Shown piece after piece: positions 21,094 to 34,700 of a stretch of DNA of 60,302 bases; positions within the stretch are counted from its first letter, which is position 1; the number at the start of each line of letters is the position of its first letter. The position numbers and the translations under genes were made by a program. The DNA lies in contig LVLI01000066.1 of assembly GCA_001687465.1 (NCBI GenBank), positions 62,001 through 122,302 of the forward strand. Reading direction: 5' to 3'. The stretch is from Halocafeteria seosinensis (Eukaryota). The notes below the pieces were generated by a model. That model saw only the letters and a program-made list of their open reading frames with translations, had not been told where the DNA came from and did no database searches.

Positions 21094-23186
21094 ATGCCGG
21101 GGCACAAAGAGCACCATCAAAACCTTCGCTTACGTCGTGGGGGAGCCCAGCAGCAGCAGCAGCAGCAGCCCCCTTCGGAGGTCGCTGGTCCGGGGGAAGC
21201 CTCTTTGATTGACACCATCGAGCAGGACGACCCCACTGTGGGGACGACCTCGTATGCGCGCGGCCGGCAGTCTCGAACGTCTCCGAAAGGAGGCGACAAG
21301 AGCGAGGAGTCTGGAAAAGCCTCCACGGCGGCCGTTGGAGGCGGCGTGGGGTCCAAAGCCGTCCCTTTGGAGGCCTATGAGACCGCCATGGGTGATTTAG
21401 AGCGCCTGTTATGGGCGGCACAGCAGTATATGGTGGACAAAGTACTCGCTGCATTGCTCACAATTGTGTGCGCGATTACGCGATTTTATCAGATTTCGAA
21501 CCCTCCGGGTGTCGTCTTTGATGAATTCCACTTTGGACGATTCCAGAACCAGTACTGTCGAGGTGAATATTTTTTTGATGTAAGTTCCTCGGCAAGTTTG
21601 CGATGGTNCCCTCAAGCTNCACACGAATGGCCGTGAATGCNCAGATACACCCGCCGTTAGGAAAACTCGTGTTCTACCTCGTGGGAGCAATCACCGGATA
21701 CGATCCGGATATTTGCGAGTATAAACACATTGGATACATCTTTCGAGAAGGATGCAAGTTTTTACCACTGCGCATCACAGCGGCAACGTTTGGGGTGTTC
21801 ACATGCCCTGTCTTATACTATGTTACTCGAAACTTTGGAGGGAGTCGAACTGCCTCCGTAGTAGCGTCGATGCTGTATATTCTGGACAATCTGTCTTTGA
21901 TAGAGTCACGGTTGATCCTCGTAGGTACGTCTAACATCGTCATTGATTGGAACACTCTTTATTCAACTCATTTTAACGGTATTCTTCTTGTCTTTCCTTT
22001 CATGACGTCAGACTCGCAATTGATCTTCTGGATGTTGACCTCAGTCCTAGTGGCGCAGTGCCTTTGGAGACGATGGAACTTACATGAAATGGCCCGCGCC
22101 TATCACTTGTTCCCTGTATTCGAACAATTCCCTGACGAAGCAAAAGCAACTGAGGAACGCAGTGCTCTTCCCGTGACTGTGCTGCAATCTCCCGAACAAG
22201 AACCGAAACACATGAAACAATATAGAGAAAAGCTCGCCAGGTCAGAGGCTTTGCTACAGCGAGATGGTCGATATCTCAGTACAAGGCGAAGGTTCCTGTG
22301 GCTGACGGTTTTGGCGCTTGCGTGCGCGGCTGCCGTCAGTGTTAAATGGACGGCGTTGGCCACACCGGGGATGATCGCAATTGAATGTTTCTTCGGATTT
22401 TTCTTCTTAAAACGCCCTCTGCCTCTCCTAAGTCTCTTATATATGGGTCTTGTATGTTTCGTGGAATATGCTATATGGTTTGCCATCCATCTGTGGATGC
22501 TACCCAATTCTGGCGATGGAGATGCGTTCATGCACCCTGACTTCCAAGCGTCTCTGCGGAACAGTTCCCACTATAATCCCAATGTGCCTACTCCATCGTT
22601 TTTGTGGACGTTTATGGATCTGAATCGAGAAATGTTTGAAGCAAATGCTCGCATCACAGAACCACATCACTGGATGAGCAAATGGTATTCGTGGCCTTTG
22701 AATCAACGAGGAGTGCTGTTTTACGCTGCGGATGTCATCAAGTATGTGCGTTCACAAGTCTACTTACTTGGGAATCCAGCAGTTTGCTGGATTGTATTCG
22801 GTACACTGTTGTTTGCTTTTGGGGTAGAAAGCATCCTATTACGGTATCGTGCAACTGCATGGGTGACGACCAACGTTGCACTTCGACGTTACGCCCGGAG
22901 CGCTGGCTACTGCATTGCAGCGTATATCCTCAGTCTGCTGCCATACATCGCTGTGTCTCGGGCCGCGTTCATTTATCACTATATTCCTTCATTGCTGTAT
23001 GGGATTATCTTGACTGGATTAAGCGTGGATGTCTTTGGATCAGGCACCCATGTGAAGCTTCTCATTTTTGCACTGATATTTAGTGTCAGTGCTGCAGTGT
23101 GGTACCATTTCAGCCCCTGGGTGTATGGCACACCGCTCCACGTTCATGAACATCAGCGTAGACAGTGGCTTTCTGGGTGGGACTGA
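21094..23186 (+). CDS. Dolichyl-phosphate-mannose protein O-mannosyltransferase (PMT/GT39) lacking the MIR domain, multi-exon
   Basis: VVFDEFHFG (DE motif); YFFD|IHPPLGK split by an intron containing the N bases; IESRLIL; SVKWT; HHWMSKWYSWP; YLLGNP; FIYHYIPSL. Confidence 0.92.
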
Positions 23187-23315
23187 GAGAGAAGAATAAG
23201 AGCCTGAACACCAATTCATGTATCGATAGTAGGGAAAATGTACTAGAGCCAATGTTTATACACAGTACAATAGGTATTGTACGACGTATTCATTCAATCT
23301 TCCCGGAATGAAATA

Positions 23316-25522
<2,207 letters not shown>

Positions 25523-25837
25523 CGTTTTCGATATATTCTAGGTCGATTGTCACTCCACCTACACGCTGATGGACACTTCCAAGGATACTTGGGCGTACTG
25601 GGTCAACACATGCAGCTTTGGGAGGCCTCGGCCTCCTATAGAGCCTCCGAAAGGGCTCTTCAATGAAGATCGAACACGTCTATCTTTTCTTTCACCTAGG
25701 TGAACGTTTTGATTGTTGTGTCCCAATTCAAATCAGCCTCTTTGCTTTAAAGGCGTATTTCCGGCTGTTTTGGCTCGAATACCACTGTATGGAGGCGCGG
25801 AGGAGGAGGAAGTAGATGCTCTGGACGTGGAACGAGC

Positions 25838-28800
25838 ATGACCGACACATACGTCGTGCTGGAGGGCTTCCAGGAGAGCACAAACCACTCGCCGTGGACG
25901 TGGTACCGAGTGGCTCTAGTTCAAGAAGGCCTATTTTATTGGATTACAGCCTCCCCCGACGACAGCCACCCGTTGGTACTTTCGGAGGAGACGCTCTGCC
26001 AATCGTCCTTGGTGTTTGCGAAAGCAATACAGCCTCGACAAAAGCACCCGCCGTGTTCAACGCTTTTTTCGTCCCCGAGGAGTCGTCGCAGGTCGCACGA
26101 GCAGAGTGGAATCAAGCCATCAAACCTCCAATATCGATTCTGGTTCGGGTTATTCGGTCCTCACAGTTTCGCCTTTGACGTCGGCAACGATGACGAAGTC
26201 ATCGACGTCGAGACCCTGGAAATGGTGCTACGGGTCCCTGTGCTTCGCGTAAGTATGCTGTGGAGGGGGGTCGTTCATTGCATAGTATGAAGTTTTGTGT
26301 GTAAGTGATCTCAGAGATTTTTCAAATTACTCAAGAATAATAACCTGCTGTATGGAAGCACAACGTCGTCGGAACGACAGACCGAAGAACGAGCTACAAC
26401 AGCGGGAACCAAACGAGAGCAACTGATCCACAGACTCGAAGCGCTACGGAAAAAGGTGGTCCGTCTGCAGGTAGGTATAGCATCTGCATTTTGTTCTTTG
26501 TTGTACCTCTTTTCAAACTGTTTGAACGTGGGATAATTCCAGATTTCTGCCGTGACGTCGGCTTCGGAAAGCGACGTGGAAGGACTGACGGCTCTTCGCA
26601 ACGAGATTGTCCAAGAGCGCAATGAAATCTTACAAGCTGCAGGACTCACGTGGCAAGACGCTTTAAATCAGAGTAGCGCCGAAGAAGAAAATGATACCCC
26701 GAATGGACCATTTGGCTCTCCACAGAGAAAGAAACAGTTCTCACAGGATATTGGCATGCTCTCCCGAATTCGGAGTTTAATTGAAACAGCAGATCTCGAC
26801 CAAGGCTCCAACGCCCCTCAATCGTTTCATGATATAGAAAAAGAAACAGAGATGGAAACGCAAAAACGTATATCTACAGCCCATGTTCCAGAAATCCTAC
26901 TGCTTTGCTACATATTCGATGTCGACGACCTACGAGGTCAGTGTTTGGAGATAATCAAATGGAGATGGGAAAAAATATGTGTAAATGCCCGTTCCCTCAC
27001 TGTACTCTCTAGGTTCCCAAGAACGCTCGCCAAACACCTCCCGGAGACAGCCCGTCAACAAATGTCCACCTATGTAGACAAGAGTCTTTATGAGAGCACC
27101 ATCAACAATCAAAGCAGCATTTCCTCCATGAGTCAGGAAAAACATTCAGAGAAGAGAAATAATAGCACGTGCCGCAATAACGCACATAGTACACCGAGAA
27201 ACGCCCAGAACCAAAACGATAGTGGGGAATATGATCTCACTCAGAAATTGTTTACAGAAGAAGGGAATAGACTGCACGCTCCTGCAGAAGATGAATTGAT
27301 CCAGTCTCCGGGAGATAGGATGGAAGCAACAGGGGAATGCGATCAGACTAATGAACATATCGCTTCGGCACTGACGCAAGCTTTGCACCATGACGAAGAA
27401 GATTGGGAACATGACATAAGCCGTAGTCCACATCAACTTCCGTCCGAATCACCGTATGGACGAACGGCAAGCGACCTCGCATACGGAAATTCTTCCCCGC
27501 CAAACTCCCATGAAAAGGTGTCGTCCTCCTTTAGCAACAGTTATCAAAATGATAAATTGGCCGTGAGCGAGTCTAACGGTGCTGCAGATATTTTCCAGGC
27601 TAGTCCTGATAGCGAAAAGACCGTACACAAGGATCACGCGCGCTGTCAAACTCGCGACGGCACCGAATCGAAGGAACGCCGATATTCTTACGCGAACTAC
27701 AACGAAACACGTCGCATTAGCTCAAATGAGGAATTCGTTTTGTCCTTGCTCGAGCAGCACAGGGCGAGAAAGAGTGGTTATTCGCGTCGTCGTAGTAGCG
27801 CTCAAAAGACAGAAATACTCGATCAAGACGATGAGTGTGACACGTATCAGAGGTGCGCAAATGTTGGGGAATCTCAGGAAGCCGTGTATAGTAGCCCCTC
27901 TTACCAGCCTGAGTGTTCATCAGGAACGTCGCAGGAGAATACGGGGGCTCATGCAACTGCGAACGTATCTCCCCGAGTCGCCGAGGGTTTCAAAATCGGG
28001 GAACGACGTGCAAAACAGCAAATTCAACGGGAAAAACTAGACCGGTTGACGAAGTCAAACGAGGCCAAACTCCGTTTAGAAAGGATTCGCGAATTCGATA
28101 GGAACTTACGCAACGAAAAAGCGAAGTCCAGAAAAAATCGTGCCAGTATGTTCGGGAGCACGACGTCGACTTCTCCCGCGCAGCCGCATTCAAGCCGCCC
28201 GTCAAGGGCACCAGAATATCCACGGAGTCAATCCCACAGTCCAGAAGACGAAGCAGCAAAATCGAGAGCATTGCAGAGAATCCGCGAGTACAAGAGAAGG
28301 AAGGAACAGGAGGAACGAGAGATGCAAGAGGAACAACTTAAGAAATGGAGGGACAGAGATCGCCGCTTGGAGCGGTTCAAGAATCTCTCTGATTCCAAAG
28401 AGCAAGGTTCTTCTGGAACTAACCTTTCAAGTTCAGCCGCGGCGAATGGTAGAGCAGCATACGAGGACAGCCAACGGGCGGTACACGGTACAATGCAGCA
28501 CTCTCCAAACGGTCAGCAGCCTTCAGAAGGGGATTCCAAACAGGTGTCACCTCACTCCTCGTATGTTGTACCTACTCCGCCTTCCAGGTATGTGAATATT
28601 TTGGATATTCCGATGTTGATTTTTGGCCTCATTGTGTGATCCCTTACGTCTTTCGCGCAGGAATAGGAAAAGTGAACGAAGCGAACCGACATGGATGGAT
28701 TCCACAATCGACTTTGAAAACTTAGAGAATGGTATGAAAGAAAATCACGAAGACCGAGAGGTGGACCAGAAGGATCACGGCGTCAACGAAACCACCTCAA

Positions 28801-29459
28801 ATGAGGTTTTGGCTCCTACATCGAGCGCTGCTGATTGGAATCATGACGCAGCAGAGAGATTTGATTCCTGCCCTAGCGAGGGAAATATGGTAAGCGTGTC
28901 AGGATACAACGCACAAACACAAAGTCCTGTACTCCGGGCAAGTACGGAATTTGAGCGCAAGGCAGTACTAGATGGTAGAGCTGTAAAATCTGAAACAGGT
29001 TTTAGGAAGGCTCGAAAATCAGTACAGGCAAGCAAGGCAAATGAGATCCAACAGGATCTAAATGAATTCTTACAAGGAGAACGATCAACGACAGAAGAGA
29101 AAAACGAGGAGGAAGAAACTGAATCGCAGCGGAAGTCACTTCCTCATCTAGGAAGCCTTTTGAAATACACCTCTAAGCAAGCTTCGCAAAAGAAATCCAA
29201 GAAACGTTCATCCTCAAAGACGAAGGGCAGACATGGCTCTCTGAAAGAGGGGTCCGAGTACTCACCGAACTTAATGGGTGCTCTCGCTGAGAAAGCCAGG
29301 CAAGAGCCTTTGTATTCAGATACTAAAGGTGATTTGGATGAAGAGCTTGAAGCAGAATTACCGCCACATGACTCAAATGATAATGCTGGAATTCTTGAAG
29401 CTCGAAGCGCGATGATTATGCCTTCCGAATCTGACTCGTATGACGATAGCTGGAATTGA
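25838..29459 (+). CDS. Hypothetical multi-exon protein with a possible BTB/BACK-like segment, coiled coils and long disordered regions
   Basis: ORFs 25838-26290, 26552-28639 and 28623-29459 can be joined through GT-AG introns near 26249, 26471 and 28588. VPEILLLCYIFDVDDLRGQCLEII resembles the end of a BTB domain. Confidence 0.6.
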
Positions 29460-29624
29460 GCCTGGTACGTCATTTTGACCACACGAGCACATACCCGTCG
29501 ATCGGCTCAATCCAAGTTGCGAACAGACTTCTGGAGAGAAGATTATCACCAGAATCAGATTGTATGGTCTATGTAGACCTGTATTGTGGTGTGACTGCTT
29601 CGATATGAGTCCGGTATACACTGG

Positions 29625-29853
29625 TGTTGAAATAATGTCACATCAAGTAACCCACCGGCGAGGAACACAACACTGGTTTTGCTCAGGTGGTATCGGGAGA
29701 GGTGCTATGCCTGCGCCAACGACGTCAGGAGTGCCGTCAAGGCTCAGTCTGGGAGGAGAAGGCCCTGAGCCTGCCACAGCGACGCCCGGACCGTTGCAGC
29801 AGCGCAGTTAGGATTAAGTGTTGGTCCAGACGCAACAGTTGTGGCCAATGACA
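29625..29853 (-). mobile_element. Solo LTR of the chromovirus-like element at 57380-57927
   Basis: Matches the reverse complement of 57726-57927 (caacactggttttgctca, ctgcgccaacga, caaggctca..ctgggaggagaaggcc, gcagttaggatta, cagttgtggcc). Termini are TG...CA. No clear TSD. Confidence 0.8.
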
Positions 29854-30426
29854 AGCCGTGTGTGGGTACCAATGCAAGATATCCTAAATGCAAACTGGTG
29901 GTGGGATGAAGTAGCGCCTTTAATAATGGAAACTGAGAGTAATTATACTGCACACGAGGTGTACTACACATCGTTGCACACCCCCTAATAAGTTTTCTCC
30001 CTGTGCGTTTCTTACGGACTCAAAAGGGCTGCTGGACTACAATTGTGTGTACGACTGGTACATATTGTACTTGTCAACAGGTTTGTCGTGTTTCTGCAGC
30101 GTGCTGACAAAAACCAGTCGAAAACGACGCTACCTTGGCGTCATAATCAACACCAAGTCACCATCCAGTCCAATACCAGCCCACCACATATTCATGTAGC
30201 AAGCCGTGGTTGTACAGTACAAGTGCATGGTATGCTGCTATACAGTATTAGCAAGATCGGCCAGTTCTCACCTCCATGATTGTTCTAAACACGTCTCTTT
30301 ATACTCTTTGTACCGTCGCTATCGGTACCAGACATTGCTGTACGTTTACCGGTATTGATTCCGATTCCTCGATTCCAGCTGTTTCTGCCTGTTCTCACCA
30401 GTGACCGGCGGGCGTCGAGCCAGCGG

Positions 30427-31617
30427 ATGCCAGGAAGATTGTCCCCCTCCCTCTGCTGTTGTATGTGCCTTAGCAGTATCGTATTTCGATGCGCACATGG
30501 ACATACCGGTACAGCGCACTTGACGTTCGAGAATGGGAATGAATGGAACATCCACCATGATAGTGTCGAATGGGAAGAGGCGACATGCGATAATGGAGCG
30601 AGCAAGAGTTTGGAGATCAGAGAAAGTTCTGTTAGTACGGACGTCGCAACCCATACGCTTACGTCTCCTCAGAAAATGAAATTCTTTTCATTCTTTTACT
30701 ATGAATGGGAGGCTAGCAATGGAGGAGGGATACGACTCATCAATGAGAACGAAGAATTGGAGCTGGGGTTCGGGACAACTAATCCCCAGTTCATGGTGGA
30801 CGATGGTAATAGAATGGCATGGGTCACCGGTGAACTAGGAGATGCCGGAAGTGCGAGCGATTTCGAAAAATGGTTTCGAGTCAGGGTTGAAATTGACTGG
30901 GATTCAAGTTCTTTTACGGCTACGTTGGATCGGGGGAGGGATAGCACTGAAATTGTGCAATTCGATGGATCGCTCAAGGGCTCTAAGTTGCCGATTAAGA
31001 AGCTTGTCTGGGCTGACATTTCCCAGAACACGTGGTATAAAGGTTCGGCTATGCATATGCGCATTTGCAGTGTCCGATACGAGACAACTTGCTCTCCTGG
31101 ACAAGAGTTTGATGAGCAACAGAATCAATGTGTCGACTGCCCAAGGGGAACATACCACAGCAGCGAAGAAGATAAATGCGAGAGTTGTCCAGAGGGCGAA
31201 ATCAGTGACAAAGGAAGTGACGGAATCGGAGAGTGCTCTCCGTGTCCAAGAGGAACATACAATACAGGACAATACTGTGAGATCTGTCCTTCCGGAAGGA
31301 GTAGTGAGAAGAGATCCACGAGCCAGGACGACTGCACGACATGCCCTCCAGGGAAATATAGCCACCAAGGAACCGCATGCGAGAATTGTCCCGCGGGAAA
31401 GAGCAGTGAGAGGGAATCTACAAGCCAAGACCATTGTACGACATGCCCTCCAGGTAAATATAGCAATGAAGGAAGTGGATGTCTTTTGTGTCCCGAAAAA
31501 CGTATTAGTTATCCTGGAGCTAGGGGAAAGAAAGACTGCTTCGTTCCACCAAGTAGGCAAGCTTCTCAATTTCCAGAGCGAAGTGTTAGAATGAGCAAGC
31601 ATCGCCGCGGCCTCTGA
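30427..31617 (+). CDS. Secreted protein with a beta-sandwich/lectin-like N-terminal part and Cys-rich GCC2/GCC3 (ephrin receptor-like) repeats
   Basis: Putative signal peptide; repeated CxxCPxGxY/S motifs (CVDCPRGTY, CTTCPPGKYS twice). Confidence 0.75.
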   Translation: MPGRLSPSLCCCMCLSSIVFRCAHGHTGTAHLTFENGNEWNIHHDSVEWEEATCDNGASKSLEIRESSVSTDVATHTLTSPQKMKFFSFFYYEWEASNGGGIRLINENEELELGFGTTNPQFMVDDGNRMAWVTGELGDAGSASDFEKWFRVRVEIDWDSSSFTATLDRGRDSTEIVQFDGSLKGSKLPIKKLVWADISQNTWYKGSAMHMRICSVRYETTCSPGQEFDEQQNQCVDCPRGTYHSSEEDKCESCPEGEISDKGSDGIGECSPCPRGTYNTGQYCEICPSGRSSEKRSTSQDDCTTCPPGKYSHQGTACENCPAGKSSERESTSQDHCTTCPPGKYSNEGSGCLLCPEKRISYPGARGKKDCFVPPSRQASQFPERSVRMSKHRRGL

Positions 31618-31786
31618 CAGGACTGAAAATTGCTTTACGATTTTCGTGGGTGGTATACGCGGTATGGCACATTATTTTTATAAAAACTGAGGATATGCGT
31701 CAATTCTTCGACGACAGCATAGGAGCAAGCAAGTTGCATTCCAACGCGCTGGTGTCACTGGCAAACTACGACCATTAAGTATGACC

Positions 31787-34700
31787 TTAATGCTCACGGT
31801 AATCATCAACTACGTGGAACCCCGGAGGAACAATTCCGGCCAGCAACTGGCGAGTGGCCGGGCCAGCTGGCAGAAAACAGCTCAAAGAGTTTCCAGCACC
31901 AAACTTTCTCGCCCAAACGGCAGAGCTGGCTCCAGCGACAACAGTCAAAGCGCCTTGAGAAGTAATGGAAGTCATCGCATCGACAAGATCACGTGTACCT
32001 CCTTGGCATTCTTCAAGTTCAGTAGCGCCCAGGGGACCCGCCCAGACCACTGTTCCTGCTTCTCCAATGATCTCTTCGATCCTGCAAACAATTTCACACG
32101 GATATAGCTAACAGAATAACCACAAAGCATAACGATGTACTTACATTTCCTTCGTTTTACTCCCTATATCCAAGACGAACTTCCCTTCGGGAATCGACGG
32201 AAACACTTCCACATCTGTAGGTGATTGCTGACGAGGAGACTCCGTGCTTTTTTCTTTCGATTTCTTCCCCCGTGGTGATTTCTTCCCACTTTCAGCTGAG
32301 GCAGGAGCATTTTCCTTTGCCCCCAAATAATTTTGAACTACATTCTGTTCATCACTTGATAAGCTAGCTAAGGCCCTTAGAGACTTGTCAGCTTGAGATA
32401 TTGCCCCCTTCAGTGCCAACCAACCCCTAGATGCGGTAGCATCGATCTCCATGCCCGTCATGAATTCTGATTCAAACTCACTTAGAATCGAGGACCAATC
32501 ACCATCGGTTACAGAGAGGCCAGAGCTCCCAATTAAACGCGAGACCACAAACTCCCGAAAGTATCTTAGCAACGCCAAAGACTGATAAAGGCATTGTGAA
32601 TCACTCACGGAACCGGCAGAGGCAGCAACAGATTCGATGCATTTAAAGGCTTCAGAAATAGCCATAATAGTATTGGCACTATTGCCAGTAAACATACCAG
32701 GGTTTTGTCCGATTCCCGTCTGAGCAATCTGCGCAAATATCCCGAAGTTTTCGGCATCGGGAACAACAGAATATTCGTGTAGTTCCGATCCATATTCAAA
32801 TTCTTGTCCCAAACTGCAATGGATCCGTTCAGGGACATAAACTGTGATATACTCCGGTTTCGCAGCAATGTCAGGGCCAAAACGCAAAGGAGCCTTCCTG
32901 CGCTCCATTCTGTAAACTGTTTGTATGCTGTAATTACTGTAAGAGCTTGAGGGTCTAAGTAATCCCAAATATTCCTCAGGGTCCGAAGGCAATTCTGCCT
33001 CTAACAGTTCCCCGTTATAGTCTACTCCTCCACTTTCTTGTTTCGAACCGGTTGCTCTGATCGGGCTTGATCTCAGAGGTAGGTTCCGCTCAAATTCCTC
33101 AAGATCATCCTCGCCTTCCACAGGCGGCAGTTCCTCCCCAGCAGTCGAAAGTTCACTTTTCACTCGCTGCTTCCATGCATTCCGTTCAATATTTGAATCC
33201 ACACTGATGTCATCCGAGTCTTCTTCCTCCTCTTCGTCTTCACCCTCAGATTCTGGCTCTTCTAAATAACGCAGTTGGCTTGCCTCGGATGCTCTCTTGT
33301 TGCCACATAAGAAATCCACAGGAGAGTGTATTCGCACCCCTCGACGCTCCGCAGTGGTGTTTAATTTCCGAAGAATGACACCGACACTGTACCAGACCCT
33401 TTCGCCACAGACCAACCTGGTAGATCCTACTTTGATTCCCCGAACATGCTCAACGTACGCGGCACCAATAAGTCCACCCAGTACGATTCTATCAGCCCAA
33501 TCCACTGCATAAAGAGCCTGATATGCCCTTGCAACTAAAGAAGCCGGATTGCTACCACCACCCAACACGCACACCACAGGTTGTGGGGCGTCTAGTTCTG
33601 CCCGAGTGTGCGTAAACTGTTCTACTATCCGCTTAGCAAAAGAAGCCGCTCCCACAGAATAATCGGGATCTGTTGACTTTCTCGTGCTCAGATCCTTCCA
33701 TTCATCTTCAAAACAGACTCCATGCTCGCTTGAGGTACCTCCAATGCAATTGGTCAAATGTTCCTTTGGCCGATCAGAGAACGAGCGCAAAAACACGGAT
33801 CTCCCACGCCGAAACAAGATGCGACAAAGATCGTAACAGAGTCCTGCGGTAGAAGAGTTTATGATCCTTCCATATCTGCGTGTGGACAAGCATATATTGG
33901 GGATCGACGGTAACGTTTTATGCTTTTTAATCACATGTTGATCTACATCGCGGATTCCATGCACTGTATCACATATACTTCGTAGCGGCCGGACACCTGC
34001 CACAGAAGATGCGCTACTCTGGGTCACATTGACAGCATCAAACACGACAACATCAGCTAGCGAAGAAAGTGCACCTCTAAGAGCGGCTGTGTGAGACGAA
34101 ACGCGTTTCCAAAATGCACCGAATTCCGCAAAGTTTGCGAGGTTCGCTCGGACTTCACTAACATATCGATCCTCTTTGGCTCTTATGGACAAGTTGGCCA
34201 ACCCGCTGACGCATATCCCAATGTCGTCCTCAGATACACCTAAGCGACGAAAGAAACCTCGCATTTTCGTCATATTTAACCGTTCTCCACTACTTTCATT
34301 TATGGTGTGCAGAAGCTGATTACCAGTTACCCCAGCTTCGCATAATGCCCGACAATACGATACCCATCTGGACTTGGCACTGATACCCGGGCACATGGAA
34401 TATAGCCACAAGCTTGTGTGTACAGGAGACCACTCGTGGACCGGAGTCTTATCACACATTTCTACACCGCAGGGATTGGAAAGATGCTTCCGATGCAGGT
34501 TTATCAATGGAGAATCTACTTCGAATAGTTCAGCAATCATGCTCAAGCGCAATAGATTCTCAATCACAAGAACCGGCATTTTCGACGCTTCAGAAATCGC
34601 CTTGTCGACACGTCGCGGTAAGCTGGATATGCGTTTGACTTCTCCATCTACCTGGCTTTTCCAATCATCCCCATGAGAGTTGTCATCTGTGCTTTCACCT

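Noticed and set aside
21600..21645. N bases apparently breaking the PMT reading frame
   Set aside because: They fall inside a GT-AG intron (about 21580-21644), so there is no real frameshift.
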